DNA of 63,328 nt, the filler included, from Conidiobolus incongruus B7586 (Eukaryota), in NCBI GenBank assembly GCA_000697335.1. It is 11 parts of 11 records of this genome, joined end to end, with 100 filler letters (N's around TTAATTAATTAA, not from the genome) between each part and the next. Parts side by side here need not be neighbours in the genome. Positions count along the whole stretch, not along the records: positions 2,351 to 16,956 come from JNEM01007396.1; positions 17,057 to 18,149 come from JNEM01007397.1; positions 18,250 to 25,611 come from JNEM01007399.1; 8 more parts are not named here. One strand, written 5' to 3'. Below, one piece after another: positions 13,232 through 25,611 of the stretch (position 1 is its first letter; the number at the start of each line of letters is the position of its first letter). The notes under the pieces were generated by a model. That model was not told where the DNA came from, made no database searches, and saw only the letters and a program-made list of their open reading frames with translations. The position numbers were made by a program, and so were the translations under genes.

Positions 13232-13430
13232 TTAAAAATTATTATTGAATATTAATAAGGATAAAAATGAATTATTGAAACGTGGGAGAAATTTAATGAA
13301 TTTAAAGTTAATGAATTGTTAAATTTAATTATGGTTAAAAATTCGTAATTTGACTGTTAAATTCATTTTCTAAGGTTCATTTTAGTGATTTTTATGAATG
13401 AATTTTATTAAATTGAATAGTGTTGTTTAT

Positions 13431-14024
13431 TTAATTTGTATCATTAGTTATTCTCTTTGATGGTAATATTAAAAGTTCTTCGTAATTAATATGAGATTTT
13501 GCAGGAATACTTGGAGGAACAGATAAAGGAAAACATTGTTTGTCAAAGATCTGAGTTTTCGATGAATTATTCTGAATAGGCGGTATAGGTAGGGACTGTG
13601 TATTAATAGGGACATGTGGAGAGTCAGAATTTCTAGAATTTTTGACGTTTTTGGCCTTTCTGTTGTATTTTTTAACCCACCTGCCATTTTTCAATATATA
13701 ACCAAGTAGTTGAAGATGCCTTCCAACACTTGATCTAGTGGAGCCAAGTAACTTGGCAATTTCAATTTGCGATAGATCATTTTTTTTATCTAGTAAATCT
13801 ATAAGAGCTTGACCATCAAATTCAACAGCTCTTCCAACACGCGGTTTATCTTTAATCTTAAAATCACCACTCTCAAATTGTTTAAAAAATCTGGAACAAG
13901 TAGCTTGACTCACACTTTTTGTACCATAAGTTTCTTGAATTCTTTGAAAGGCGCCTTCCACCTGAGCTCCTCTACGATATTCATATAAAATGACATGTCT
14001 TATATGCTCTTTTGTAACATCCAT
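13431..14024 (-). CDS. Mariner (Mos1-like) transposase-derived paired-HTH DNA-binding protein without catalytic domain, 197 aa
   Basis: Residues 1-117 follow the Mos1/Hsmar1 N-terminus (KEHIRHVILYEY..G, YG...S..TC.RFF.QF.SGDF...DKPR.GR, SQ.EIAK.LG....V.RHL..LG...K.GRWV); then an unrelated Pro/Ser/Asn-rich tail; intact ORF. Confidence 0.85.
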   Translation of the reverse strand: MDVTKEHIRHVILYEYRRGAQVEGAFQRIQETYGTKSVSQATCSRFFKQFESGDFKIKDKPRVGRAVEFDGQALIDLLDKKNDLSQIEIAKLLGSTRSSVGRHLQLLGYILKNGRWVKKYNRKAKNVKNSRNSDSPHVPINTQSLPIPPIQNNSSKTQIFDKQCFPLSVPPSIPAKSHINYEELLILPSKRITNDTN

Positions 14025-14707
14025 TATTTCTTTAATATGTTAGTTAAATTATTTTTAAATTTGCAAATTATCATTAAGTCAATTAATTTGAATAAGAATT
14101 ATGATATTTATGGGAGCTCATTATATTTTAGCCTTATTGGATATATAAAGACTTAAAACTAATGTTTTATAGCTTTTAATTGGCTGTATTCTTTAAACAA
14201 TCTGAAATTCAATATAGGCTGATTTCAGATAGATTTTTCAACAAGTCTCATTCAATTAAATTTATCAGAATTGAAATTTTTTGTATATTTATTTGATGAA
14301 TTAAATTATAGGTTTAAAAGATTTCAACAAGGCATTTTTATCCAATCTATACAAAATATTTCAATTAACTAATATTAGATAATATTTATCTATATCAATT
14401 ATAATTTTTGAACTGAAGACATCAATAAGTTGACCAATCAAACTGAAAACAAAGTCCCTAATCCCATAATTGAGGGTTTCAACATATGATTTACCCATTG
14501 ATAGCTGATTAAATATCAAATCAAATATTTGATCATTAAGAGATATTAACTCTTAAATTAATAAAAAAATATAAATAGTACAAAGCATTAATCATCAAAA
14601 AAATATTATAATCAAATTTCAATATTTAAATAATATTCAAAATTCAATTCACAAAGCGTTTATTTAACATCAACAGACATTTATTATCAAATCAATTAAA
14701 GTTCAAA

Positions 14708-15963
14708 ATGTCAGGTAAATTAAATTTTGGGAATATTTGATGACTGTTTGTATTGACAAGCTTAAATAAGATTACTCAAAAGAAAGACAAGTTGCCATTG
14801 ATGCAGTATTAAAGGCTTCTAAACTTTGTGACCAGGTGTTTCGTACATTGGTTCAAGCTAATGATGCTATCACTAAAAAGGATAAGAGTCCAGTCACACG
14901 TAAGTATAATGTTCTCAGCTTATAGTGTTATTGGCCTTTTATACCATTTTAAAATATTATATCAAAAGTTTAACTTATATTTATTTATATATAGTTGCTG
15001 ATTTTGGTGCCCAAGCCATCGTTAATTGGATAATAAAAAATAATTTCCCCGAAGATTCTATTGTTGGTGAAGAGGAATCATCATTCCTTAGGAGTGAAGA
15101 GGGTCAAAGCTTGAGTGAAAGAATTGTTCAACTTGTCAACGAAGTTGCTGATCAGCCAGTCACGAGGGAACAAGTAATCTTTTTTGTTGAATTTTAATAT
15201 CAATATTAATCCAATATTTTAGATTTTGGATGCAATTGATTTGGGTAACTATGAAGGTGGCTCTACCGGCAGATTCTGGACATTGGACCCTGTTGACGGT
15301 ACTAAGGGATTCTTGAGAGGTGGCCAATATGCTGTCTGTCTTGCTCTCATTGTTGACGGAGAAGTGCAACTCGGCGTCATGGGAGGTCCCAATCTGCCTG
15401 TTGACTTTTCCGATTCAGCTTCTGCCAAAGGCACATTATTTATTGCCCAAAAGGGACAAGGAGCCTATCAAGTAACCTCACCATATCACACCTAAACTCA
15501 CATTGATCCCAATTTTATTTAGCGTTCATTCCAAGATCCTTCAGAAAAGCCCATCCAAATGCGACTCATCTCCGATCTCACCCAGGCCAAATTCTGCGAA
15601 AGTGTTGAAGCTGGCCATTCTTCTCACGACGACTCACAAAAGATTGCTCAAGAACTCGGTCTCAAGGCCGAATCCGTCAAGATGGATAGTCAGTGCAAAT
15701 ATGCTTCAATTTCCAGAGGTGATGGCGATATCTATCTCCGCCTCCCAGTATCTGCCTCATATGAAGAGAAGATTTGGGATCATGCTTCAGGCGTCCTCCT
15801 AGTCGGCGAAGCTGGTGGCAAGGTTACAGACGTCTATGGCAAGAAGATTGACTTCTCCCAAGGCCGTACTCTCAAGTTAAATAAGGGTATTGTTGCATCC
15901 CATGCCTCTCACCACGCCACCGTCCTCCAAGCCGTTCAAAAAGTGTTGAATATCCAAAATTAA
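14708..15963 (+). CDS. MET22: 3'(2'),5'-bisphosphate nucleotidase, about 334 aa; exons 14708-14714, 14771-14899, 14995-15173, 15223-15471, 15523-15963
   Basis: KKDKSPVTLADFGAQA, VGEEES, WTLDPVDGTKGFLRGGQYAV, CESVEAGHS, MDSQCKY, EKIWDHASG; canonical introns in frame. Confidence 0.95.
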
Positions 15964-16536
15964 TCCTCTTAAAGCAGCATATTTTCTCACACTTATATAT
16001 AACAGTTTTGGTCTAATTTTAAATATTTTTTATTAGAGCAATTTACTGTTTTTAATAAACCAATCTTTTAATATTCTATTCTTTTTTAACTTTTGGAAAT
16101 CATATCATTCGAATCTTGGTAATTTTCTTTAATGATTATTTTATTTGATAAAATAAGTTTATTTTTATCATTATGAATGACCACATATTTAATTGTCAAT
16201 TATTATATATTTTTCTACTAAATACCATATTTGTGAAATTCAAATCGACTATGTAATTTTCATTTAATTGATTTATTGAATTTTGATGAATAAACCTATT
16301 TATTCAATCTAGAATTTTTATTGTTTTATTCAACAATCCAAAAATCATTGATTATTATATTTTATGATGCTTAACATATGCTGGTTGATAGTTCCAAGCT
16401 ATCTCAATATAATTGATTCAGAGAGTTTATTATATTTACAGTTTGTATTATATTTGATGTTGTAATTTCAGTTTTCTTGAAATTTGTTATAGTTGATTAA
16501 GTTAAAATTAAATAAAATTTTGTCATAGCTGTGATT

Positions 16537-16646
16537 ATAGCTTGAATTTGAAATAATGGGAATTTTTTAATTTTTAATTTTTAAAACTTATCATTAGTTT
16601 TAAATAAACAAAATTATACAAAATAAATAGGAAATTATACAATTTT

Positions 16647-16679
<33 letters not shown>
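16537..16679 (+). mobile_element. Mariner left end (TIR plus 5' UTR) fragment
   Basis: CTTGAATTTGAAATAATGGGAATTTTTT matches the TIR of the 56442-57750 element, followed by its 5' UTR up to the (TA)n tract. Confidence 0.65.
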
Positions 16680-16683
<4 letters not shown>

Positions 16684-16924
16684 AGATTTTCAGTGTGATC
16701 AGAGTTTATAATTTAAAACAGTAAAATAAAGATAAATCTATGTTTTTATTTCTATTCTTAATCCAACAATAGTCCCTTATATCTTTTTTCAAGTACCCTT
16801 ATTTCCTTTGTTAAATCTCCTCAATAAAAGTGTCATCAAGTTATGACAAATAATACTTAGTAATTGTGGGATAAGTTGAAATTGTTTGATTAGATGGTAA
16901 TAATATAAGTGGTTGGTAATATTA

Positions 16925-16927
<3 letters not shown>
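16680..16927. mobile_element. Putative solo LTR (248 bp, TG...CA) within a (TA)n tract
   Basis: Starts TGTTAG, ends TTACCA, (TA)n on both sides, internal AATAAA. Confidence 0.4.
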
Positions 16928-16956
<29 letters not shown>

Positions 16957-17691
16957 NNNNNNNNNNNNNNNNNNNNNNNNNNNNNNNNNNNNNNNNNNNN
17001 TTAATTAATTAANNNNNNNNNNNNNNNNNNNNNNNNNNNNNNNNNNNNNNNNNNNNTTTAATAACTATAACTTGAGAATGAATTTAATAACTTAATTTTG
17101 GTCTACCTTAATTAGGGATAACAAATTTAATTCGATCCTTATATTAATTTAAATATTTCTGTTTAAAAACTTTTTAAAGCTATTTGCTATTTAAGTTAAT
17201 TATTATTTATTAACATTCTATATAAAAACCAACGGACTTTAATAATTGAAAAAATTATTAAAATAGTGCCCATTTTAAAAATAATGATAAAATATTATTA
17301 AACTAATTATAATCAAAATGCTTATAATATAGATACTTTTGGTGAAATTGATTACTATTTTTAATAATTATGTCAGAATATACTCTAATATTCAGGATGT
17401 TATATCAAACTTTATATTTATTACCAATTGAAAACTCAGTTCAATATTATAAGGTAAATTTAAGGATTTCAGTTCAAAATAAAATCATAATTTAATATGT
17501 ATCATAAAATTCAAATTATCATATAATGTTATATCTTTATATTACAATTAATAATGAGAGAAAGGCTTCAAAATAAAAAAAAATGCCCTATATAAAAACC
17601 ATGCATTTTAATTTATCTATTTTTAACATTGTAACAGACTAAATTTGTCAAAATTTGCTTTAAAAATTATTTATACAAGATAATAATAATA

Positions 17692-18149
17692 TTAGTGCAG
17701 AAATTAAATAATGGCACAATTTTAAAATTAAAATTAAACAAATAAATTAATAAATAATATATAAAAATTAATGAATAATATAAAATTAATAGCATTTTTT
17801 ATTATTAATAACTCTTTTCTATACCTTTAGTAAGCTTCTAATACCTAAAAAACAGTTCTTTTTATTAAAGACTGAAATTTGATGTTTCACAAACCAATTT
17901 AATTTGTTTGCAGGAATTTTTTTTCCTGCAAGCTGTTTTTTTAATTATTTAAAACAATTATAATCACATAAGTTATAATCAAGTGAATATACTAGATATA
18001 GTAACTCCCTTTAATTTTTTTTATATAAAAAATCTTTTATAGTTTTAGCTTTATATATTTTATAATTATTATGCAAAATAATAGGTGTTTTTAATTTATA
18101 TTGAGAACACCATTTAAAAATTGTTTTATTTAAAAAAGTAATATATAAC
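17692..18149 (-). mobile_element. Mariner (DD34D) 3' portion, decayed
   Basis: TIR TTAGTGCAGAAATTAAATAATGGCAC after TA; aligns with about 56520-56900. Confidence 0.8.
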
Positions 18150-18249
18150 NNNNNNNNNNNNNNNNNNNNNNNNNNNNNNNNNNNNNNNNNNNNTTAATTA
18201 ATTAANNNNNNNNNNNNNNNNNNNNNNNNNNNNNNNNNNNNNNNNNNNN

Positions 18250-19544
18250 ACTAATATTATTATTGTCAATTATTATTTTAAATAATATTAGTATTAAAAT
18301 ACTTAAATCCCTATTTAAAAAGATTTACTTATGTATTAATTAACTTTATAGTAAAGATAAATCAATTTTTAAGATTATTAGAATTACTAATGTTAATTAG
18401 TTTATTATAGCTAAAGCTGTTAAAAATTATAATAAAGATATATTTAAATTTAAACTTAAGTGTGTTAAAATTATAAATAAATATAATAAAAGGTATATTT
18501 ATAAGTTAGTTAGTATAAATAAATATAATACTACTATAAAAGTATAAAAAAAATTATAAGATTATATAAAAATATTAGTTAGTACTAATACTATTATATA
18601 TACTTTATATTATAATAAATACTACTTGTATTTTAAGAAAAAACACCTTTAACTAAAATATCCCATTATAAAATTAAATAAGAGTTTAAATGTTACTATT
18701 AAAGTTAAACTAAAATTAATTAGAGTAAAGTTATTTAATTTAATAAAACAAAAATATACTTTAGTAAATTTAACAAAATAATTAAATATTTTAGAAAAAA
18801 CAAAAAACTACTTTATAACTATTATGTTATTTTAACTTAAAAATATAATAATAGATTAATTATAATTTAAAGATATATATTATTTTCTAATATAAGGTAT
18901 TTTTATAAAGTTGATAAGGGAATTAATATTAAAATATACTAAAATATTCTAAATAATAAATTAAAAAAAACTATTGAATAATATAGGTTAAATAAATTAG
19001 ATGTTATTTTCTAACAAGATAATATCATTTGCTATACTATTATTTTTATTACCAAATGGTTTAAAAATAATAAAATAATAGTTATAAAGTAGCTTCTTTA
19101 ATTTTTTAATTTTAATCTAATTAAATATCTTTAGGATTAGTTAAAAAAAGTAGTTAAAGCTTTCCCATCAGTAAAAAATTTAAATAAGCTTTAGGAATAT
19201 ATTTAAGAAGCTTAAAACAAAATTAATCTTTTTTAATATAAGAAGTTAATAGATTTTATATCTTATAAACTTAAAGAAATTAAGAAAATAAAAGGTAAAT
19301 ATATTAAATTTTAATTTTCTTTCTATAACTAAAATACACAAATTTATAACTCACCTTAGGTAAAATTTAAACTTTAATATATCAACTAAAAGTTAATATA
19401 ATTAGATCAAATATACTTAATTATAAATAAATAATATAAGTTTATTATATATTTTAATTTAAATTAATTTGATTAAGAATTAACAGAGTTATTGATAATA
19501 ATATATATAATTATAATTTTATAACTTACTTTTGTGGGCTAGTG
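18250..19544 (+). mobile_element. Tc1-family copy C, left end in gap; abuts a mariner 5' UTR (TA)n tract
   Basis: Nearly identical to 43478-44678; right TIR ...ATAACTTACTTTTGTGGGCTAGTG followed by TA. Confidence 0.9.
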
Positions 19545-20530
19545 TATATATATCTATATATTTTAAAAATATTTAATTTCCTATTAGCTTTATATATATT
19601 TATTTATTTCAAACTAATAATATGTTTGAAAAATTAGAAATTAAAATATTTCCCATTATTTTAAATTTAAAGTAATACTAAGTTATAACTTATTATTAAT
19701 AATTATAATCATATAAGTTATAATTAAGGGAATATACTAAATTGGTAGTTTTTTTAGTTATTTTTAATTAAAAATTTTTTATAGCTTTAAATTTATATAT
19801 TTAATAATTATTATATAAAATAATATATTTTGTTAAATTTCATTGAAAACTTTAATTAAAAATAGTTTTATTTAAAATAACAATATAGAGTTTATAATTA
19901 ATTAAATTTTCTTTAAGAATTAAATAAAAATAATATATAATATTATAATTTAATATATAGTTAATATTTGCTTATTAATAAAATTTTTATTTAAGGTGAT
20001 TTATAAAAAAAGTTAATTTAACTTAATTTAATAGATTAATTTGTGTATTAATAAAAGATTATATAAAAAGATTTAAGAATAATTAATTATAATTATTTAT
20101 TAAAATAGTTTAAATTTCTTGTAATATTTTAATAAGTTTTATTTAATAATAGATATTTTAATTTTTTTTAACCCTTATTTAAATTATAAGATTTCTATTA
20201 TATAATTTTATTTATTAAGATTTAATTTTAATATATATAAAATATTTATAAAATTAATATTAAAATATTTATATAATTTTTTATTTGAAATAAAAAAATA
20301 TTTTTCAATATATTTTTTCAATCTATTAATAATCAAAAAATAATAGTTAAAATTAATCTTTTAGATTTTGCTAGGTTTTAGATAATTTCTTTTTTAACCT
20401 TAAAGCAATTTACCTAATAATAAATAATTAATTTAAGTAATATTTTATTATTAAAAATTGCTTGTAAATTTTAAATAATTTTAAATTATTTATGGTTAGG
20501 TTTTACTAATTCCAAAATAAAAAATATATT
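19545..20530 (-). mobile_element. Mariner remnants: left end with TIR (19545-19675) and a second internal transposase fragment (about 19695-20530)
   Basis: Align with 57620-57750 and about 56700-57540 respectively. Confidence 0.75.
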
Positions 20531-20894
20531 TTCACCTTTATATTAATTAAAATAAATACTATAAGCAATATTTATTTATTATTAGTTTGAATTGTTAAAT
20601 CTCTCAAATATTTCTCTTAATAACTAAATCTAATTTGAGCGCTTAATTTAAAAATTTATTTATTCAGATCTAAGTATTTAATTGTTAATAATAATTATAT
20701 TTTTATTATTATAATAAACTAAAATATTGTTTTATTTATATTCAATTAATTACTTTGGATATCTTTTGTAGTTTTTATTCAATTTGAGTTATAACATCTA
20801 TATTTGCATAAAATGATTTATTATCTGAAACAAATTTTAATTGGAATTATATAATTGATTTAATATTAATTTACATATTACCTCTCTCTAATCA

Positions 20895-23800
20895 TTATTT
20901 GTGTTTTTTACTCACTCCAAAGTATCCATTGGTCAACCATTTCAACTCTGGTGTATTCAATATATACTGGTAGGTATGTATAGGTGTGAGGAGACACTTA
21001 CCTCCAGTTTCTAAATTGTCATCTTCAAGCTTGTGGCCAGCATTCAGCTGTCTGGAGCACTTGACAGATCCCTTTATCAATTTAATTACAAACACTTTGA
21101 GTGCAGCTAGTACCAGTTCATTGACAATTGTTGGATGCTTCTCGTTGAAGAATCTGAGGTTGAGGGGTTTTAGCATTTGGGTCAACAATCTCAATTCCGA
21201 TTGAATACTCTTGGTAATGGGTTTGGATGTAATGAGGTTCAAATCCCTCAAAATCAGTTGAGAACTTGGACACAGTTCTAGAGTATTGAAACTGGATTCA
21301 GAATGATCAACTTCCAACTCCTCGTTATCACTGTCGATGACGATGACGTCGTCATCGTCCAGTAATTCACCTTCTTCGAGTTCTCCACTCTGTTCCAACT
21401 TGATCATTTTTATGGTTTTGAGTTTGTGAAATTTCACAAGGTTGTAAAGCTCTTCCCTCGAGCCGAGGGTGTTTAATCCACCTGTGAGTAGACCGTAATC
21501 TTTGCAAAATTCCGATTCACATCGGAAATTGTTATCCAAACGCTCCAGACGACCACAAACTTTGCAGAAGTTGACATAGACCCGGCGATCTTCCAAAGAA
21601 TGGAGACTGATTTTGGATCTTAGAGGCCTTATGGAGTGGTCATAATACCTCAACCAATTCAAAAGGTACCTTGTAGTGAGTTGCTTGAGGCACGTTTGAC
21701 TTGGTACATCCAACCCATCGAAATGGTCTTTCAGCGATGATTTCATGCTATGGGCTCGATACCATTCAATCGCATTCTTTCGTATGGAGTCCCAAGTGCT
21801 GAATTCGGTCCAGTCTTTAGCGGTTCTGTACGGTAGATCTAATGTTGGCGAATCGCCAATTAGTGGGAATTTATCCAATTGACGCAAGCATAGAGCATGA
21901 GCTTCCAACGTTAGACCAAAATCCGAAGGATGCAACTTCTTTTGAGATAACGATTTCTTTCGTTTTTTCTCCCTAGTTTCAGGTAATTCCTCCCCGTTGG
22001 TAACAGGCTGTAATGTATCCCTTGTGTTGGAATCTTTCTTCTGACTATTTTGAGAGTCGTTGGGTTGATTACTATTATTCAAAAATTTTGTGTTGCGATC
22101 CAGTTCCAAATCTAACCAAATTTCGCCGCCTAGTTTTTGTTCGCCGCTCAGACTCCAGTCGAGTCGTAGCATGTGGATAAAACTGACGGGATTGTTCTTG
22201 GCATCGTCATGGAAGAAAAATTGGATTCGCACTGGGAATTCACCCCAGCCGTAACGTGTCAAGTGGAATGGAGGCGATGTCAAATCAATCACGTCGTTGG
22301 GAGCGTATGATGGATGGAGGAAAAAGCGTACTTGGCGTACGTATGTTGTTAGATCCAGATCGTAAGTAGTACCGGAGACGTAAACCATCCATTTGAATAA
22401 TGGTTGGCTGGTCTGACCGTCCAAGGGGCATATGTATTTAGAAACGTTTCCAATAATGATACGTTTTTTGATATAAAATCTAGAACCGTGATCAGGAATA
22501 CCATTATGTTGGAGTTGATAATTTGCAACTGGCTGAGTCGTAGTACAAGTAACGGAAGCAGGTGCCTGAATGCTAGTTGGTGACGAAACTTGGACAGGCT
22601 GTGTGAGTTCTTCACCCTCATTCTGTATCCTACCTTCAGTCGCTTGATCTACTGACGACTTTTCAACATTTGTTTGAGCTTGCAATGCATTAGCAGAATT
22701 GGATGCGGTATGACTTGGAGAAGGTGTAGCAGCCAGCGTCTGGGTAGCAACTGTTGAAGATGCAGGATTAGCTTTCTTCACTTTATTAAGAGGATAATCA
22801 TCCTCCATAATATCGACATCCTCATCATAAACCTTTATACCGTAAACACGACCCAATCCCATCCCCTCCTTTGGAATGATCTTACTACCTCTATAATTCC
22901 TCTTTAGCGTATCCAAATCAAACTTCTCGGGAACTGGATTCATTAAAGGTTTGGTCAACGTATTCCTACACGGGTGATTTTTAGGTACTTCACTCTCGGG
23001 TACTGGGGTACCACAAATCAAATTAGCCTCCTGATGACTTGGAAATTCGATATTGTGACTAATTCTACAGTGATTTAAAAATCCCTGAATATTTAAAAAG
23101 TTACACCTATTGCACTCAGGACAATGAATTCGGACAAATGGCCCCTCGTCCAATTTCGCATACAGTATAGAATCGTCAACGTAGGATCGCTTTGGATTTG
23201 CGAAATTGGCACTGTTGCGATGTTTTTTAAATTTGGATTTGTATTCGCTGTTCAGCTCCTTTAGTCGCTTGAGTCCTAAATTGATTTCATTTTTGATGGT
23301 TTCTATTTCTCTGCGTTTTAAATACAATTCCATATCGAATTGGTCTTCCAAGATGCGCGATAGTTTTTGGGTGAGGGGATTCTGAATTGCTAAATTTTAA
23401 TAAATACATTAAAATTAATGAAATAATTTATATATGAATATTTACTTTGAGAGGATTTAGAATTCACTTGATTTCCTTTGGATTTCGTACCATTTGGAAC
23501 GTTTTTCTTGTAGTGTAAATACAAGCTTCTATCAATAGGTTTCGGCTGCGTTAATGGAATATCCGAGATAGCATAGGAACTATCGTCTGAGGATGGATCT
23601 ACTTCCTGTTCCTGTTCTTGCTCTACTTCTTGTTCCCGTTCCTCCTGTTCATTATTCCTCCTCTTAAGCACATCGTAACTCTTCAATGATTTGGTAGCAA
23701 TTGGCACATGCGTCAACTCGGTTTCAGAATCCGTAGACGTATCGCTATGATACCTCGAAATACTGGGAATTTGAGAAGTGTTCGGATTACTTACGGAAAT

Positions 23801-23908
23801 ATCAGAGTCGTCGCTATCTAGAGCGGAGTCTTCTGCCGAACTCGACGAAGAACTTATCCCTTCAATATATTGGCGTCTTATGTCGGAATCGAAAGGTTTT
23901 TTTGACAT
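20895..23908 (-). CDS. YEATS2-like chromatin reader with Ahc1-type C2H2 finger, about 985 aa; exons 23908-23446, 23389-20895
   Basis: YEATS domain (KKRIIIGNVSK, KWMVYV, VRFFLHPSY.PND, PPFHLTR.GWGEFPVRIQ); coiled coil LEDQFDMELYLKRREI; CPEC...F...QGFLNHCRISH finger; 56-nt GT-AG intron restores frame. Confidence 0.88.
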
Positions 23909-24447
23909 TATTATAGGGTTGTGATTCTATTAAAGTAATTGAATTATAGAGCAATATAAAATTTAATTTAACATAAAAATTTAATAAGTATTAGTTGATA
24001 ATCTATTTAATTATGTAATATTAGTAATATCGTGATAGTGTTAACATTCGATTTTTAATTCAAAATTTATTTATTATTGTTTTGAAATTCGCATGGAACT
24101 AGGGTTTTTTCTGTAAAATTTAATTTATTCAAATTATTATGGGATTTAATGTGAATTTTAAATTTTGAAATAATATTTTGCATTCATTTTAATTATTTTA
24201 TTTGGTTATTAAAAATGAATAAATCAAATATATATTTCATAAAATATCAAAATTGTGTGGATAATAGAGGTGATAAAATATTTTGTTTTAAATAAATTTA
24301 TACCAAAAATATTCTATAGTGTTAATTTATTACAAATAATATATATTCAATTGTCCCACAATAGTATTTAAATTCCAAATTCAATATATAGACTTGAAGT
24401 TCACCCAGTCCACTTAATATTAAAACCAGATTACATTAAAAACAGTA

Positions 24448-25251
24448 ATGATCTCACACTTCGTTAAATCTATTAAACCCCCGACTCTATTAAAACCTAC
24501 TACTATTCAATCGAATTTGATTCGATTTAATTCTACTACCACTACCACCAATAACCTTAAGTCGGAAACCGGTGAACCCAAAATCAATGATGATGAACCC
24601 TACCGCGACCTTACACCTCAAGAGTTAGAAAGCATTCGCACTATGTTGCGCATAAACCAAGCTGGAGAAATTGGTGCCAACTACATTTATATGGGACAGT
24701 ATCAAGTGTTTAAGAATGATAAAAATCTGAAAGATTTAATTTTGGTATTTAATATATTTTAAAATTTGGCTACAACTTATTAATAGTTGGTTCTTAGCAT
24801 ATGTGGGAACAAGAAAAAGTCCACTTAAACAAATTTAACGAATTGATCCCCGAGTACAGATCCCGACCCACTGCACTCATGCCCCTGTGGCGAATTGCAG
24901 GGTTTGCAGTAGGTGCGGGCACAGCCCTCATGGGAAAGGAAGCAGCCATGATGTGTACTGAAGCTGTCGAAACGGTGATTGGAGGTCATTACAACGACCA
25001 ATTGAGAGAATTAGCCAATATCAAAAATAAAGACGTTGAAGAGTTGAGGAAAGTTATTAGACAGTTTAGAGATGACGAACTTGAACATTTAGATACTGCT
25101 GTTGAGTATGACGCTCATCAGGTATTTTAATATCATTTGAGCAGATTATTAGCGTATTAATATCTATGTTTAGGCACCATTACACACTCTAATGAGTAAC
25201 GTAATTAAAGGAGGTTGTAAGGCAGCTATTTGGATCTGTTCCAAAGTTTGA
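24448..25251 (+). CDS. COQ7: 5-demethoxyubiquinone hydroxylase (Coq7/Cat5/Clk-1), about 232 aa; exons 24448-24744, 24798-25121, 25174-25251
   Basis: [63 protein letters not shown]; presequence-like N-terminus. Confidence 0.96.
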
Positions 25252-25522
25252 TTTATTCTAAATATTATAGCAAGTATTCGAACCAATATATTTAAAAAAT
25301 TTCAATAAAAAACAACTATTAAATATATTATCAAAATTATATTCATACTTTGTACTTCAATTATTAAATTTAATTTACTGTTATTCAAATTCCTATATTT
25401 TTTTTGTTAAAATTTCAATATCAAATAACCTTAATTAGGCAAATTGATATAAATGACTCAATCTGATAACTCAAACTGGTTATGTTATTTGTTATCAGAT
25501 TTTCCCATTATAACATTAGATA

Positions 25523-25611
25523 TTAGTGTAGAAATTAAGTAATGGCACAATTTTAAAATTAAAATTAAACAAATAAATTAATAAATAATATATAAAAATT
25601 AATGAATAATA
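25523..25611 (-). mobile_element. Mariner right end (TIR), runs into gap
   Basis: Near-identical to 17692-17780. Confidence 0.75.
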
